The notes under the pieces are model-generated. The model was not told the origin of the DNA. It ran no database searches and saw only the letters and a list, made by a program, of their open reading frames with translations. Source: Lama glama (taxonomy: Eukaryota). From it: DNA of 64,000 nucleotides. The stretch's first letter is position 1. Each line of letters opens with the position of its first letter. The stretch is taken from the NCBI GenBank assembly GCA_028534125.1, contig CM052816.1, positions 186,001 to 250,000 of the forward strand, given 5' to 3'. Made by a program: the position numbers and the translations under genes. Shown here in pieces: positions 38,301-51,510 of the stretch.

Positions 38301-39830
38301 GCGCAGGGGTGAGGCTCCTGAGTGGGGGTGGAGTTCTTCCCAACAGGTGCGGGGCCCCTTCTCAAGATGAAGCTCCAGGGATGGGGGTCCTGGACGGGGG
38401 CACCGCCCTCTCTGGGCACAGGACTCCCAGGCTGGGGATTTAGCCTGCTATTAACTATCCTCAGAAGACCACACGGTTCCATCCACCGGATCTCGTCTGT
38501 GTAGAGCAGTATCCCCTGGCAGAACGAGCTGTGGAGAACCTGTGGGGTGCATCCTGTTCCCCCATCCTTTCCAATGAGGTCTGCCACCTCCCCCTCCCCC
38601 GCCACTCCAATGATTCAGGTGCCTGAAGGCCTGTGGCACTCCTCCCTCAGCCTGGTATCTGCCAACGCTCCCAACCGGGGACCCTACCCAGGAGAGCCTC
38701 TGTCTGGCAGAGCCACACGAACTGCCTCGGCTTGGGTGAAAAAGATGGGGCCTGGTGGCAGCAGGCCGAGGAAGAGTCTGGAACCGGAGACCTGGCTCTG
38801 TCTTGGCTGCCCTGTGCTGGGCATCAGTCACCCGGGCCCCAGCGAGGCGCCATTCTTGGCCTGGTCAGCAGTGCCCTCTACTTTGCAGCTGACAGAAAGT
38901 CCTCTCCCTCCTCCCTGTCTTTGCATTCCCACTTGCAACCCATCCCATCCATGGGAGAGGAGCAAAGCCTCCTGTTCCAGTCCTGCTGTTGCATCTCTCC
39001 TGGCCTCAGCAGCTCTCTCCACCTCCCTCATTCACAGTCCCTTGCAAGGTAAAGGCAAGAAGGGTCCAGACTCCAAAGCTGCCCAGAGCCACTGGCCCGC
39101 ACTACCATCCGGGCCACACTCAGCTCACTTTGAGTGGGCTTAGGTTGTTTGGGAGATTTGGTGGGGGGAGTGAGGTGAGCCCACACTGGTGCTGCAGACA
39201 GAGGACCCACAGTCCCCGGAGGGGTGGTCTTCCTCCCAGTCCCTCATGGTCAGGACTGACCCTCAGGTCCTGCTACTGCAGTCATGATGCGCCAGACCTG
39301 CCTTCCACTGGCCATTGTCGTGGAGTCTCTGGTTGGCCACTCAGTCCTCCTCACATTTGATTTGTTCAGCTAGTCTGGGAATGAGGGAGGCTGCTGGACC
39401 CCTCAGCCAATGCCCACAGGGACTTCCTGCCAGGTGCTGCCACTCCAAGACCTCTCCTTGCTCAGCCTCTGCCACTGTGAAACGTTGCCTGGTCCCCTGG
39501 CCCCGGGGGGCCTGCCCTCCAGGCAGGGGGAGAAGACACAGTGAGGGGAGGGATGATCTGCATGCCCCACTAGGGACGCGGCCTTCCTCTGCCTTGAATT
39601 TTGCGTTTTCGATTTTAATTTTATTTCTGATGCTGCTATATCCACCATACACAGGAGCTGGACAAACAGACATGGTGTTCTTGTTTTCCTTTTCTTTCTA
39701 TGAAAGAAATTATTTTAGTCATAGCTTGTGAGTTTCAAACAATGGGGAAAGTAAAAACAAAACAAACAAACAAACAAAAAAACAAAAAGAAGAAACAACC
39801 AAATAAGCCTGTGGATTGTGCTGGATTTTT
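38159..39830 (+). other. WNT3A: WNT3A 3' UTR (end approximate)
   Basis: Follows the stop codon. GC-rich proximal part, then a U-rich block (about 39595-39725), an A-rich tract with AGTAAA/AATAAG hexamers, and a GU-rich segment at about 39810-39850. Confidence 0.6.
39753..39790. repeat. (AAAC)n / A-rich tract
   Basis: Visible directly. Confidence 0.9.
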
Positions 39831-42800
39831 GGTGGTGGGTCAGCAGGTGTGGGGCCTGGATCAGTCGTGGCCCTCTGGGAGGGGCCCAGACGGGAGGAGG
39901 TGGTCAGCCTGCTGAGCTCAGAGACTCCTGGGGCCTCTGCAGTGGCTTCCAGAGCCAGAATTCCAGGGAAAGGAAGAGGGCTGGTTACTCTAAAGAAAGG
40001 AGGAAACAGTCCAGTGGTCTCAAAGTCTGGGGCAGGGTAGGCTAGAGACCAGGACAGAAGACCCCAGTGGAAATGCAGAGAAAGGGGCAAGGAGGCCTGC
40101 CTGCTGCAGGAATGTGCAGTGCAGTGAGCAGGGCACTGTGAACAGCCCCAGCTGGCAGAGACCCCACGCATGTCAGTGGTGCAGCAGGACATCCACCAAG
40201 TCAGCTGAAAGCCACTTTCCCAAACATCTACAACACGCTGCACTCAGTTGACATTTGAGCACCAGCAGCATGGCTGTGCTCCTTGGGCTTGGGGCCATGG
40301 CCCCTGTGTGGGGTCTTCATCTAGGCCCCGCCACGGGGTGTTCTAGGAGCCCACTCTGGCTAGTAGGCAAGACATGTTCCCTTGATCCGAGGCTCACCAG
40401 CCTGAGTCCTAGAAACCAGGCAGGTGCTTCTCTCTGGGCCTGGCCTCCTCCCACCTCCTACAAAGGTCACTTTAGAAGTCACAGCGCTTGCAGCTGGAAT
40501 CCAGTTTGGAGGTCATGAGGGACATCCCTCGCTGGCAGAGACCTGCTGCATGAAGCTGAGAACTCCCAGGGGCTCTCTCCTGCCCTTGTCCATCCTCAGG
40601 CCAGAGGCCAGAGCTGACCCTGGACCCCCGGCCTCCCCTCCACACAGGCGACAGCTAGGTGCGCAAGCCTTGGCAGGAATCAGTGGTCTGTAACTGTATG
40701 GTTAGCCAGGTACCGCAACCATGCTCAGAACCTTGGGATGGAGATGGGGTTGCCTTTCCACGCCGGGCAGGGAGAGCTCTCAGGCAAACAAGATATCCTG
40801 CTGGCCAGGGCCTCACGTTGTCCCTCCATGGCTGTTGCCCACATCCACCCGCACTCAGGGTGTACAGGGTGTGGGGAGCTGGGAGGGACTCTGAAAATTG
40901 AGGCTGCAGGAGCCAGGGGGTGAGGTTGGCTTTCTCAAGGCCACACCTTCACCTCTCCAAGCCAGGAGCAGAGTCTTTGCTCCCCTCTCTGCCTTTCTTG
41001 CTCCCCGACTACTACCACCACCTCTGAGCCCTGCCCTGCTACCCAGCTAGACCCCCAGGATGGGGTCAGTGGAGGAGGCCAGGATGAAGGGGCAGCTGGG
41101 ACAGGTGGGGCATGAGGGGACATGATGCTAGAGCTGAGGACAGGAAACCGAGCCCCCACCCTCTCAGAGGTCAGGCCCTCTGACTTCCACCCTCCATGGG
41201 CCATTTGATGGAAGGGAGCGGGGCACGGGGCAGACAGGAGGAGGTCTTGCCAGAAGCCCATAATTGGGAGGCCTGTGCCTCCTGAGAGCAGAAGGAGGGA
41301 CACCCAATTCAGCTGGCTCCATGGCTAGAGCCTCAGGGCCACATGGTGTCCTTGAGAGCAGAGGAAGGCAGCGCTACCCTCTGCTGACAGAACCACAGCT
41401 GGCGGGACAGGGGGTCTTGGACAGGTGGCCAAGCGTATCTACTCCAGACAGTCCTGCATCAGGAGGGAGCTGTGGTAGGGGATAGAGAGCTGCCTGGTGG
41501 ATAGAGTGGGAATCCATCAAGGGAGGGAGGGAGGAGACAGGAAGCATAGTGATGGCAGGTCATGGCTTCATCCCTCAAGACAGGACCCCAGAACACCTCC
41601 CCTACCATCCCCTCCTGGCCATAGCAGTCTTCACTGGAGGCTCCAAGCCACTGAAGACAGAGCTTGATGGGGCCCAGCGAGACTGAGGGACTGGAGACAG
41701 ACCCAGGGCTCTGGACTCCCAAAGCTCCCACCTTCACACCCCAAATCACATCAGCTTCCCCGGGCTGGCACACCAGCATCCCACCCCAAGCCCAAGGCCT
41801 TATTGGCTCAGGGCTCGCTACTCCCCGAACCAGGCCATTTCGGGCTGGGTCACCCACTGCTCCAGGGCTGTAGCTGACCACCAGGGATTCCCAACTGGGG
41901 CTCCAAGGGGTCAGCTGGGGTTAGACGAGCTCTTGGCAGATGCTCCATAAAGAGGGAGCCAGTGATTAAGTGCATAGGGCAGTGTCTGGGGCCGGAGCGC
42001 AGGTGGCCCATCTCACCCACCTGTGTGAGTCACCAGGCAATAGGGCCAGATCAGACACTCCACACAGGAGTCAGGACCTGGAGGCGGAGAGGTGACAGGT
42101 GCCCTACTCGAGCCGCCTATGGGCCACATCCACAACGCACAGACAGCACAAACAGTGCAGCACCTCTGAGCTAGGGCCCAGGCAGGAGCCCGGCATCCAG
42201 GCGCCAGGGACTCCACCATGAAAGGGCAGGACAGGCTGGGCAGGGGGGTAGGGGCACAGCCACAAGGTTAAAGAGGTGACATACCAAGAGAAGACGCAGG
42301 GGCAGGGCTGGGCCTCCTAGGAAAGCAGGCGTAGACACCGGAGACAAACAGGAGCTACCCTGGGAGTTGATGCAGAAGTAGGTTCTGCCTACTTGGACCC
42401 AGCTCTCCATGAGGTGAAGCACCAGGCACCCACTCCCATCACCATGGCTCCAGGGCAGAGAGAGGCAGAGCCCCACCAGAAGATGCCCATGGGTCCACAG
42501 GACAGGCCCCGGTAAATGGGCAAGGGGAGCTAGCAAGGGCCTGTGTGAGTGAGGGGGCAAAACCCTCAACTCCCTGCTGGCTGGAAGTAAGCCCCATCCT
42601 TCTCGGGGCCTCAGTTTCCCCCCGGTGCAAGAGCCTGTGGGATGAGGCGGCTTCCCAGGGCCTCTCTGCTCCTGCATTTTGCTGATGTGGGATATTCCAT
42701 CTGGGGCCCCCTCTGGAGCCCAGCTGGCCCCCCTCACCTGCCAAGATCAGCACGTCCCCATGAACCCTGGCCCAGCCCCCCACCCCGCCCCACTTGCCCT

Positions 42801-45800
42801 TTACCCTCAACTCAGAGGGAGGGCAGAGAACAGGGCAGCCTGCTTGGGCCTCAGAAGCCACCTCTCCAGGGAGTTTACAGCCCCTCCCGCCAGCCCTGAA
42901 GAAGGAGGAAATGGGCCTGGTGGGCCTGTTCACAGGTAGTTGAGACGGGAGAGGAATAACCATATTAAAGGCCCGGAGGTAGTGGGGCCTCAACCCACCA
43001 GGGCCCCCCTGGGCCCAGCCCCTTGCGAATCTCACACTCCCAGGGCAGCAGCTTTGAAGTCCTGGAGGGAATGTGGCCAGCCCCCTCCTCCTGGGGCCCC
43101 CACAGACCCTCCCCGCAACACTCCCACTTTCTGGGTCCTGGGGCCTCAGTTTCCACCCTTCAGGGATGCTCAGAATCCTATCCCCAGACCCCTGTGCTGG
43201 GCCAGAACCTCCAGGACTGAGACCTCCATGGCAACAGGTGCAGGGCCAGCTCTGGGCCACAGGCCTGGTACAGAGAGCTGAGGAGGCCCAGCCAGGTTCC
43301 CTAGCCCCACATAGTGCTGGCCCCCTGCCCCCATGGGCTAGGTGGGCTGCTGGCCCGGCCTTTACCCATGCTTTATCTGGGGGACATGACACAGTCCATC
43401 CTGAGGTCCGGCCCCACTCCCTCTGTTCTCCCATTCAATGGCCTCCCCCCAGCTCAGGCCTCCCGGCCCTTCCCAAGCCGCTTGGCCCTCTTGCCTGCCA
43501 CTCATTTCCCTGTTGGAACCCTGTCTCCTTTCATGAAACCCTCTGGCTGGGACACCCAAGGACAGGGCATCCTGGCAGTCAGCAGCTTTCTCTCCAGCAG
43601 CCCCTTGGCCTCCTGGCCTGAGCAGGAACAGGGCACCTTAACCCACCCACACTGCCCTCCAGCCCCAAGTCCAGCCATCTGGATGATGACCTCCCAGGGT
43701 GACATCCAAAGCTTGGAGGAATGGGACAGCATCTCTGTCATCCCACTGGGTGCTATTGCTGCCAGTCCTTCTGTTCACAGGCACTGAGTGGTAAACTGAG
43801 ACCTGTTAGATGAGGCCACTCTCCTCAGTGTGAGTTCGTGAAGGCAAGGCCACCCCATTTCCTCCCTCCCTGGCCCACCATAAGGGGAAGGATGGGGAAC
43901 AGCTAGCAGAGGACACTCCTACCCGCCTTACCCCTCACCTCCCAGGTGACCTTGGCCCTGGAGAGTTGGGTGATGGCCCCTTCACTACTTTCTGGGTCAT
44001 CTGTGAGGGCTTCCAAGAGGAGGTGAGCATAGGGTGCAGTTTCTACGGCTCCAGCATCCTCAGTCTTGGCCCCTTCTGCATTCATACTTCTGAGAGGTCG
44101 GTCCCTGCAGATGTCAGGACCAGGCAGGGTGCCCAGGGTGCTGGGGAAGCCCTGGGGAGGGCTCCAGCCTGGGAGCCGCCACCGCCTGTCCTGCCAGCTG
44201 GGACAGGAGCTAGTCAGAAGGTGCTAATTGATGTTTAGATCCAGGCTGGCTCCTCAATCACGTCTTTCTCTCTCTCTCTCTTTTTTTTTATTTGAGTCTC
44301 TGGAGCACACAGTAAACAGTCATTTGGTTCTCAGGGCCCTGCAAATTGGTGTTTATGGTGTAAGGACCAGGACTCTCCACCCAAACACGGCCAGCTGGGA
44401 GGGAGGCACTGGGCTGGGTAGGGATGGCATGCCCTCCCGCCCTTAGAGGCCCAGCAGTGGGAGGGCTTTCCCTCCATTCTAAAGGAGGAGGCAGGTCTGC
44501 TCCCCACAACTCCTGATGCCTGCAGTCCAGCCTGAGGTGAGGAGCCATCGGGTTCACCCACCAGCACTGGGCCAGCACTGGCCAGAATCCTGTCAACTGG
44601 GTGCTTGTGTGGTTGGAGGGGACCAATACTTGAGGCATTGCAGTTAATCCAGGAGGGCTTCTAGGAGGAGGTGAGTCCCCATGGCAGAGGCATGAAGGCT
44701 CACCAGGGCCCTCAGACTCCCCAGCTCTGGGGAGAAGCTTCCATCTCCCTCAACTTCCTCCAAGTCCCTACGGCAGAAGTTGGGACTCTACATATAATAT
44801 CCTCTCCCAACCACAGTGGCCATCTGCAGAACTGAAGACAGGAATGTGGGGAGGCCCCAGCCTTAATGCAAGGGGTTGGACTGTGGAACCCCAAGACAGC
44901 AGTGGGGAGGTCTTTTGTGAGAAGGGGACTTCCCCTCCTGTCTGCCCCTCACTCGACAACTGGACTGCAGAGAGACAGGCAGGCCCAGGCAGAACCTCCA
45001 TCAGGGCTCAACAGCCATCCCAGATTCTTTAGCTCCCTCCACTGCTGACAGCAGGGGTTCGTCCTCTACCTCACCTGGCTCCGTGGCTTGCTCAGCCTGT
45101 GAGCCTGCAGCCTACAGAGGTCAGGAGCCGTAGGGAAGGCTGTTTGATGTTTGGAGTTTGGAAGGAGCCCCATAGATCACAAGTGCTTCTTCCTCCAGTG
45201 TGCTTTTAGTTCCCAGGTCTGGGCCAGAGAACAAGAACCTCAGGAACAGAGGATACAGGTCGCAAATCTCCAAGACAGCTCCCTCCTCTGCTCAAGAACC
45301 TTCCATGGCTCCCCAGTGCCCACAGGTTGGAGTTGGAGTGCATTAGCCTGCACCTCTGACAAACTAGTCCCACTCTGAGCTGAAGGGGGCCTCTAACCCA
45401 TGGATGGGGAAACTGACCTGGGCAAGACACGACTTGCCCAAGGGTACTCAACACCTTAGTCAGGACAGAGTCTTAAGGAAAGCTGAGCCTTCACATCATA
45501 CCTTCCGGTCCCACCTGCAGTTCCCTCTCATCTTCCTTTATCCTTGCCGCCATCCTTCCAGCTTCAGACACCCCCTGGCTGCTGCTGCAGCCTTCTCACC
45601 ACCATATTGCCATAATCTTTGGTGATTCCTGAATTAGTGTCCCCTGGGGGCCCGGGAAAGTCAGTGCCTGCTGCACCTCAGGGGCCCATGCAAGGCAGAG
45701 GAGGAGCTGTGTATGTGCTGCATATGGGGCGGGGGATGCCTCTGGTGCCAAGCTGGCCCATCCCCAGGGCTGTTAAGCCTCTTTAGGGGCCCTGGCCAGC

Positions 45801-47678
45801 TCCTAGGGCCCAGCACTCTCCCCAACTCCAGCCCTTGGGCAGGCCAGTCTGAGTAAGCCAAACTAGTACCCCAGAATGTTTCAGGGTAATGTCCCCTTAC
45901 CTGGGAGATTTGGGAGTGACTGGGGCACCTGTAATGGGCCAGCTCTACAACTTGTGTCCTCAGTATCAGCTGGCCGTACAGTGATCCCAGGGGAGTCCCC
46001 ATATGCACGCCCATCATGGAGTGTCACCCCTGTTCCCACATCAGGGTCCCCAGGAGGTGGCCATTAGGAAGGGCGCCCCAGGACAGGCTTTGTCTGAGCC
46101 TCTCAGAGTCAACAGCACATTGAGGATGGGCGGGATCTGTGTGCTGGGTCACTCCTACCCTGGGAGCAGGTCTGGGTGGGAAGTGCTCAGGAAGGACAGG
46201 TTCTGCCTGGGACAGGATCAGGGTCAGCCTGAGGTCAGAGGTCAGAATGGCAGATCAGCACTGGGCCTGGGGCAGGATGGAAGGTCAATCTGAGGATGGA
46301 AGGTCAGTCTGCCCTTCGTCTGTCTCCAGAGGGCTGATCTTCATGGATGTCCCCCATGGTGTGGGGGATGGGTGGCCTCGCCCAGACTCCTGGACACCCC
46401 TGTGGGCGCAGCACCAGCTCCCTGGCCCCTAGCCCACGCCTAACCCCCTCAGCTCCAAGTCCCTCACCCGGCAGAGTGCTGGGCACTTCTTGGGCCATCG
46501 GGGGGCTGCCCTGGCCCTGCCCAGCGGCACACAGTTTGCCAGTGCTTGTTTGACACTATTTCTGGGGGGGCGTGGAGGTCGGAGAGTTCTCGCCCCTCAG
46601 ATGGGGAAGATGGACACCCCAGCCTACAGCTGATGTGGGGAAGGTGGTGGGGCTCAGGGCCAGCACCTACCCACTCAGGCCCAGGAGGACAGTGTGGCCA
46701 CCTCTGGCAGATAGTTCAGCTCAGCTCGCCGCAGGGTAGCCTCTACTTCCCTCTGAGCAACAAGGGTGCAGCCCAGCTCCCAGGTGGCTGTGAGGGTAAC
46801 ACTCAGGTGGGGCACTGCGGGTGAGGGGGACACTGCAAGTGAGGGTGACGCAGGTGGGAAGGAAAGGATGCAAATGGGAAGGATACGGGTGGGGACACTG
46901 CTGGGGTGGATGCTGCAGGTGGGGACAACACAAAAGAGCACACTACAGGTGGTGCTGCGCGCAGCACAGGTGGGATGCCTCAGGCTAGGGCACACACACG
47001 TTCTCTGCCTCTCTCCCTGTCACAAGGCCTGACCTCTGGGGGTGAATGAACCTGACCCCAGCTTTAGCCCCTCCCCTGGCCTGACCCTCAACTGTGAACT
47101 GAGCCAAGCCAGGTCCACAGGGATGCTCCTGCAGCTCAGTCCACTGCTGAGATGTGAAGTGGGACAGGCCACCACCCACTCTGATACGCTCCCTCAGCCA
47201 GCAGGTTTAGGAGCAGGTGCGACTGCTTCCTGCTTCCCCTCCTATGGGGCCTGGAGTCCCTGAGCGGGCCCCTGGATTGAGGGGCGTGAGGACACACCCA
47301 GGCCCTGGAGTAGGACTGGGGGCCTCTCCAGGGCCCCCCCCTTGCAGCACTCCAGCTGCAGCTCGAACCTAGCATAGCCCGACATGCTGGCAGGCAGGAG
47401 GACCGGCCCAGACAATACCCAGCCCGGACAGGCCGCCGGCACGGCCGGCAGTCTCCAACTCGGGGGCCATTCCAGCGTCAGGTGTTCTTTTTAGATTTTT
47501 CTTGCCCCATTAATGAGGAACAATTTCTCTCTAGGACCAAAAGCAATGCCAGGCCTCCTCATACCACCTGGCCAGCCTGCTCAGGCTCCCCTAGACCTCC
47601 CCTCCCCGCCATCAGCTCCTCTGCTGGAGCCTCTGGGCCTGAACTCTGAATGTTGCCCTGATGCCCAGGCTCTGGGAA

Positions 47679-47707
47679 GGCAGGCAGGCAGGCAGGCAGG
47701 CAGGCAG
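47679..47707. repeat. (GGCA)n microsatellite
   Basis: Visible directly. Confidence 0.9.
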
Positions 47708-49796
47708 CCGTCCCTTTGGGCAGTGACGAGGCACTCTGGTCTACAGCGGAACAAGGCCTGCTTTTGTCAAGGACTCAGCCTTCCTCACCTGTCCATCTCT
47801 CTCTCTCTCCAGCCAGGCCTGGGGACATGAGGCCTTTGAAGTTTCAAATCACAGACTCGGACATCCCTAGCTGCTCACCTTGTGAGCCTCCCTTCCTGCT
47901 GGTCTCCTTCATGGGCTGTCCACCCCAATTAACACACCCGGGGAGCTAGGAGCCCTCCAGAGCAGTCCTAACAGGGAGTGGTAGGAGGTGTAGCCCGCCC
48001 AGGAAGAGGCTTGAGACACCCCCCCCCCCCCCGCCCACAAGAAGAGGGCTCCTCAGGGCAGTTGCCCAGCTGGGCTTGCAGGTAGAAGGCAGGCTGCTTT
48101 AAAGGGCAGGGTCCACCCACCCTGGCCTGGGAGCCAGAAGCAGTGCCCAAAACCCCAGGCTGGAGTCAGGACCTGGCACAGACAGGCTGGTGTCCCCAGA
48201 GACAGCCTGCTCTCATTCGCTGGGAACAGCAAGCCACTTTACAGCCTTAGGATCTCTGCAGGATTTTCACACTCTTGGAGAGACCAGAGCGGGGGGCACG
48301 GAGCCTAAGGCCCAGTCAGGGTGACAGGTGTGGGGGCAGCCCTCCAGGGCACAAGGCAGGGTGCACGCAGACAGTCCCTGGCCGCAGAGGCTGAGACACC
48401 ACCATGCCTTCAGCTGGGTTTTTAATTAACCTCAGCCACTCTGAAGGGCCCCAATTAAGTGGAGAATGTGATGGCAGAGTGGGGTCAGGCAGAGGGATGG
48501 GTTTTAATTAAAGCACAAAGGGTTCCCAGCCAGGGTGGCGTGGCCTGGGCAGGAGCGCCCCCACCTGACTGCCTTTGCCCCAGTCTTGCTCCAAAGGGCA
48601 GTGGTGCACCTCAGAGTGAGCACTGCCTGCCCGTGGCTGGGCAGGACAGAGCGTGGCCCCCGCAGGGCCTGAGACCTCTCATCCAGTCTGTGTGGCCCAA
48701 GATCAGGCAGCTCCTCTCTGAGCCACTGTCCTTTGCTGGCTGTCCCCCTGCTCTCCCTCTTACCTTCTGCACTGGAATAATCAACCACATAGTGAGTGTC
48801 CATGGTGTGTCCGCTGCAAAGGCCCAGCTAGGTGGCAGGTGATGGACAGAAACAAACAAATAAATGTATCGAATATGTTCGTGTGCAATGGAGGAGAGCG
48901 GAGTGAGGGGCCAAGAGAAGCAGGGAGGGCTGTTTTAGCTGGGGAGTAGGGCAGAGGAGCACAGGTCCTTGGAAGGAGGGAGGAAAGAGGGACTGAGCTC
49001 ATTTGGAAGGGGGCAGTCAGTTCAAAGGCCCTGGAACAGGACCCAGGGCCCAGCTGAGCTGCGTGATGCCTGCAAAATCGAACGAGAGGGAGCCAGGTGA
49101 CAGAAGGCCACGGGCATGAGGGGCTTTTAGCTTCACTCAGGGGGACAGGGCCACATGGGGCTTCTGAGCAGGGCCATTTGCGAGGTGCCAGTAACCAGGC
49201 TGCCTGCCCCCACCATGGCCCAGTCCCCACTCTGCTTGTCATCCAGGCTCCCTAGCCTTGCTTGATCAGTGGGATGGGAAGTCCTTGTGAGCCGTGACTC
49301 TTGCTTCTGAGGATGGTCTCCACCAAGGCCTGGGCCTACAGCTGGCTGGGGGAGGTGGTGGCGGGCAGGCATGAGTCCTGCCCCACAGCTGCCTGTCTTT
49401 CTTCAGGGCAGTTTTGCAATAACTGCAGCTGCAGGCCGATATTCTCCACGCCTGGCTTCCCCCAGACACTGGGCTTTGGGAGCGATGAGTGAAGGAAGCA
49501 GGGCTGGGGGGTGTCTTCCAGTATCAGCACGGGGCTGCCTCTAGTCCTTTCCCTGGTCGTGCTCGGGGCTGCAGGGCAGGGGGCACCCAGGAGGGGACTG
49601 GTCTCACTCCAAAAGCCAGAACCACTACAAGGTACGGTGGTCACATCAGAGGACACATGCCCAGCGGTGGACACACACCAGCTGGGCAGGCCAAGTGGCT
49701 ACTTGCAAGATGTGTGCAGACATCACCTGGACAGGCAGGTGATAGGAAAGGGGGTTGTCCAAGGGGCCCTCATCCTTTCAGCCCCAGGAACCAGCC

Positions 49797-50243
49797 TGTA
49801 TGAGGCCCTGGGCAGACCGTGACAAATTTCCACAAACGTGGTAGCTAAAAACGACAGGAATTTGTTCTCTCCCAAGTTAGGAGGCCAGAAGTCTGAGGTC
49901 GAGGTGTTGGCAGGGCATGCTCCCTCCACAGGCTTAGGGGCAGATCCTTTCTGCTTCTTGTAGCAACTGGTGCCCCAGGTATCCCTTGGCTTGTGGCTGC
50001 ATCACCCCAATATCTACCTCTGTTGTCATGTGGCCATCTCTCCATGTATGTGTCTTAAATCCTCCTTTCCCTTCTCTTATAACACTTGTCATCACTTGCC
50101 ATTGGATTCAGGGCCCACCCAATCCAGGATCATCTCATCTCAAGGTCTTAATCAATCACAGCTGCAAAGACATTTCCAGACAAGATCCCATTCTGAAGTT
50201 ACGGGCGGATGTGACTTTGGGAGGATACAACTCTACCCACTGC
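49797..50243 (-). mobile_element. MaLR solo LTR (MLT1C-like)
   Basis: acaaatttccacaaac..gg..gctaaaaac.acaggaattt, ggaggccagaagtctgag, ccttggcttgtggctgcatcaccccaat, ggattcagggcccacccaatccaggat, ctgcaaagac. Confidence 0.88.
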
Positions 50244-50934
50244 AAGGCCTGTGGGGTAAAACTGCTATACCTCATGAAGGACTCCAGGCCAGCAGATGTC
50301 ACCAAGATGCCCGTAGGTCCTAACCCCCAAGAACCGTGAGATGGCACATACAAGGACTGTCATTTTAAGCTACTGAGGTTTGTAGAACTTGTCACCAGGC
50401 CAGAGAACGGGAATCAACTTTTCCCTTTCCAGAGTTTTTGGGACCCCAAATTCACTAGATGCCCCCCAGCCCAAGTGGGGGTCCTTCCCTTCTGCTGTTT
50501 TCTGTCTGGGGTCAAAAGGGGGAGAAGAGCCCCCTGAGAAGGGCAGAGATTCCAGCCCCCTCAAACCTGGGGGTGAATTCCAAGAGAAGAGCCTGGTGCA
50601 GGTAGAGTCTAGGGCTGCACCCCTCACATTCTGCGTGTCCCCCACCGAGACCCATGCCCCAACCCCCCATCCACCAACTTACTGGGTGTTGTGGCTCCAC
50701 ACCTTGGTCAGCCTTGCCCTGGTGGCCTCCTCCCGCTGCCTGCCTGGCCTCCCCAGCCACACTGCAGGGACCACCAGGGAAAGCCCCTGAGTCATCGGGG
50801 CTCCTCCTGCCCTTCAAATTCCAGCCCGGACTTCTCTGCTGGCCCTGCTGTTTTGCACCTGTCCTTATCACATCCCCAAGTGGGGCCTCTCTCCCACCCC
50901 TACTGGCCTCATCCAGAAGCCAGAGCAGAGAAGC

Positions 50935-51510
50935 TGTATAGGAACCAGGGACCCCCTATTAGGCTGGTGAAGCCCATGGGCCCCTTCTCAGAACAAGGTT
51001 TCATCATTGCCTAAAATACTTAGTGCAGCGTTACAAACAAAACAGACCCAGTTATCAAAAGCTTTAAGACCTTTGTGCCACGTGACTCTGGGGGTGACAG
51101 GTTTCTATTACCTTGATAGGGGCGACAGCTCCCTAAAAGTGCAGTTAGAACTTTCCACATCTCCAGTGTGTGCTTCAGAAGTCCCCTTCCTCCATAAAGC
51201 CAGAAGACATGGAAATGAAGTGTTGCGCAGTAGGGGACACAAAATGAAGCAGTGTCTTCTATGTTCCCCTGAGTTATCAGCACCCAAGATGACAAGGTTG
51301 GCTGCGGGCTGACAAGCTCTGCGATTTCACGTGAAAATGTCTTGATGTTGCTGTTGCCGATAACAGCATCGGTCAAGTGCATACTGCTATTTGGGAATGT
51401 CACCTACACTCGAAGTGGGAGGAATGCTAAATGTCAGTTAAAGGGTCCTAAAAACAAAGGTGTTCTTTTAGCACGCCAGTGGGAGGCCCACTGAATGGGG
51501 GCCCCTTGTA
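50935..51510. mobile_element. hAT-Charlie element (MER119-like)
   Basis: ggacccc...ctggtgaagcccatgggccccttctcagaac...cagttatcaaaa and ggaatgctaaatgtcagttaaag blocks. Confidence 0.5.

Larger units (their letters stand above)
1..39830 (+). other. WNT3A: WNT3A gene body, 5'-partial (intron 1 remainder through approximate 3' end)
   Basis: Three Wnt coding exons in order with canonical splice sites. Exon 1 (signal peptide) was not found, so positions 1-12647 are taken as intron 1. The 3' end is approximate. Confidence 0.85.

Noticed and set aside
37358..38605. 415-aa antisense ORF over exon 4
   Set aside because: Antisense shadow of a high-GC3 coding exon plus GC-rich UTR; no independent evidence.
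42439..43434. 331-aa minus-strand ORF
   Set aside because: Gly/Pro/Arg-rich with no domain or codon pattern; expected by chance at this GC content.
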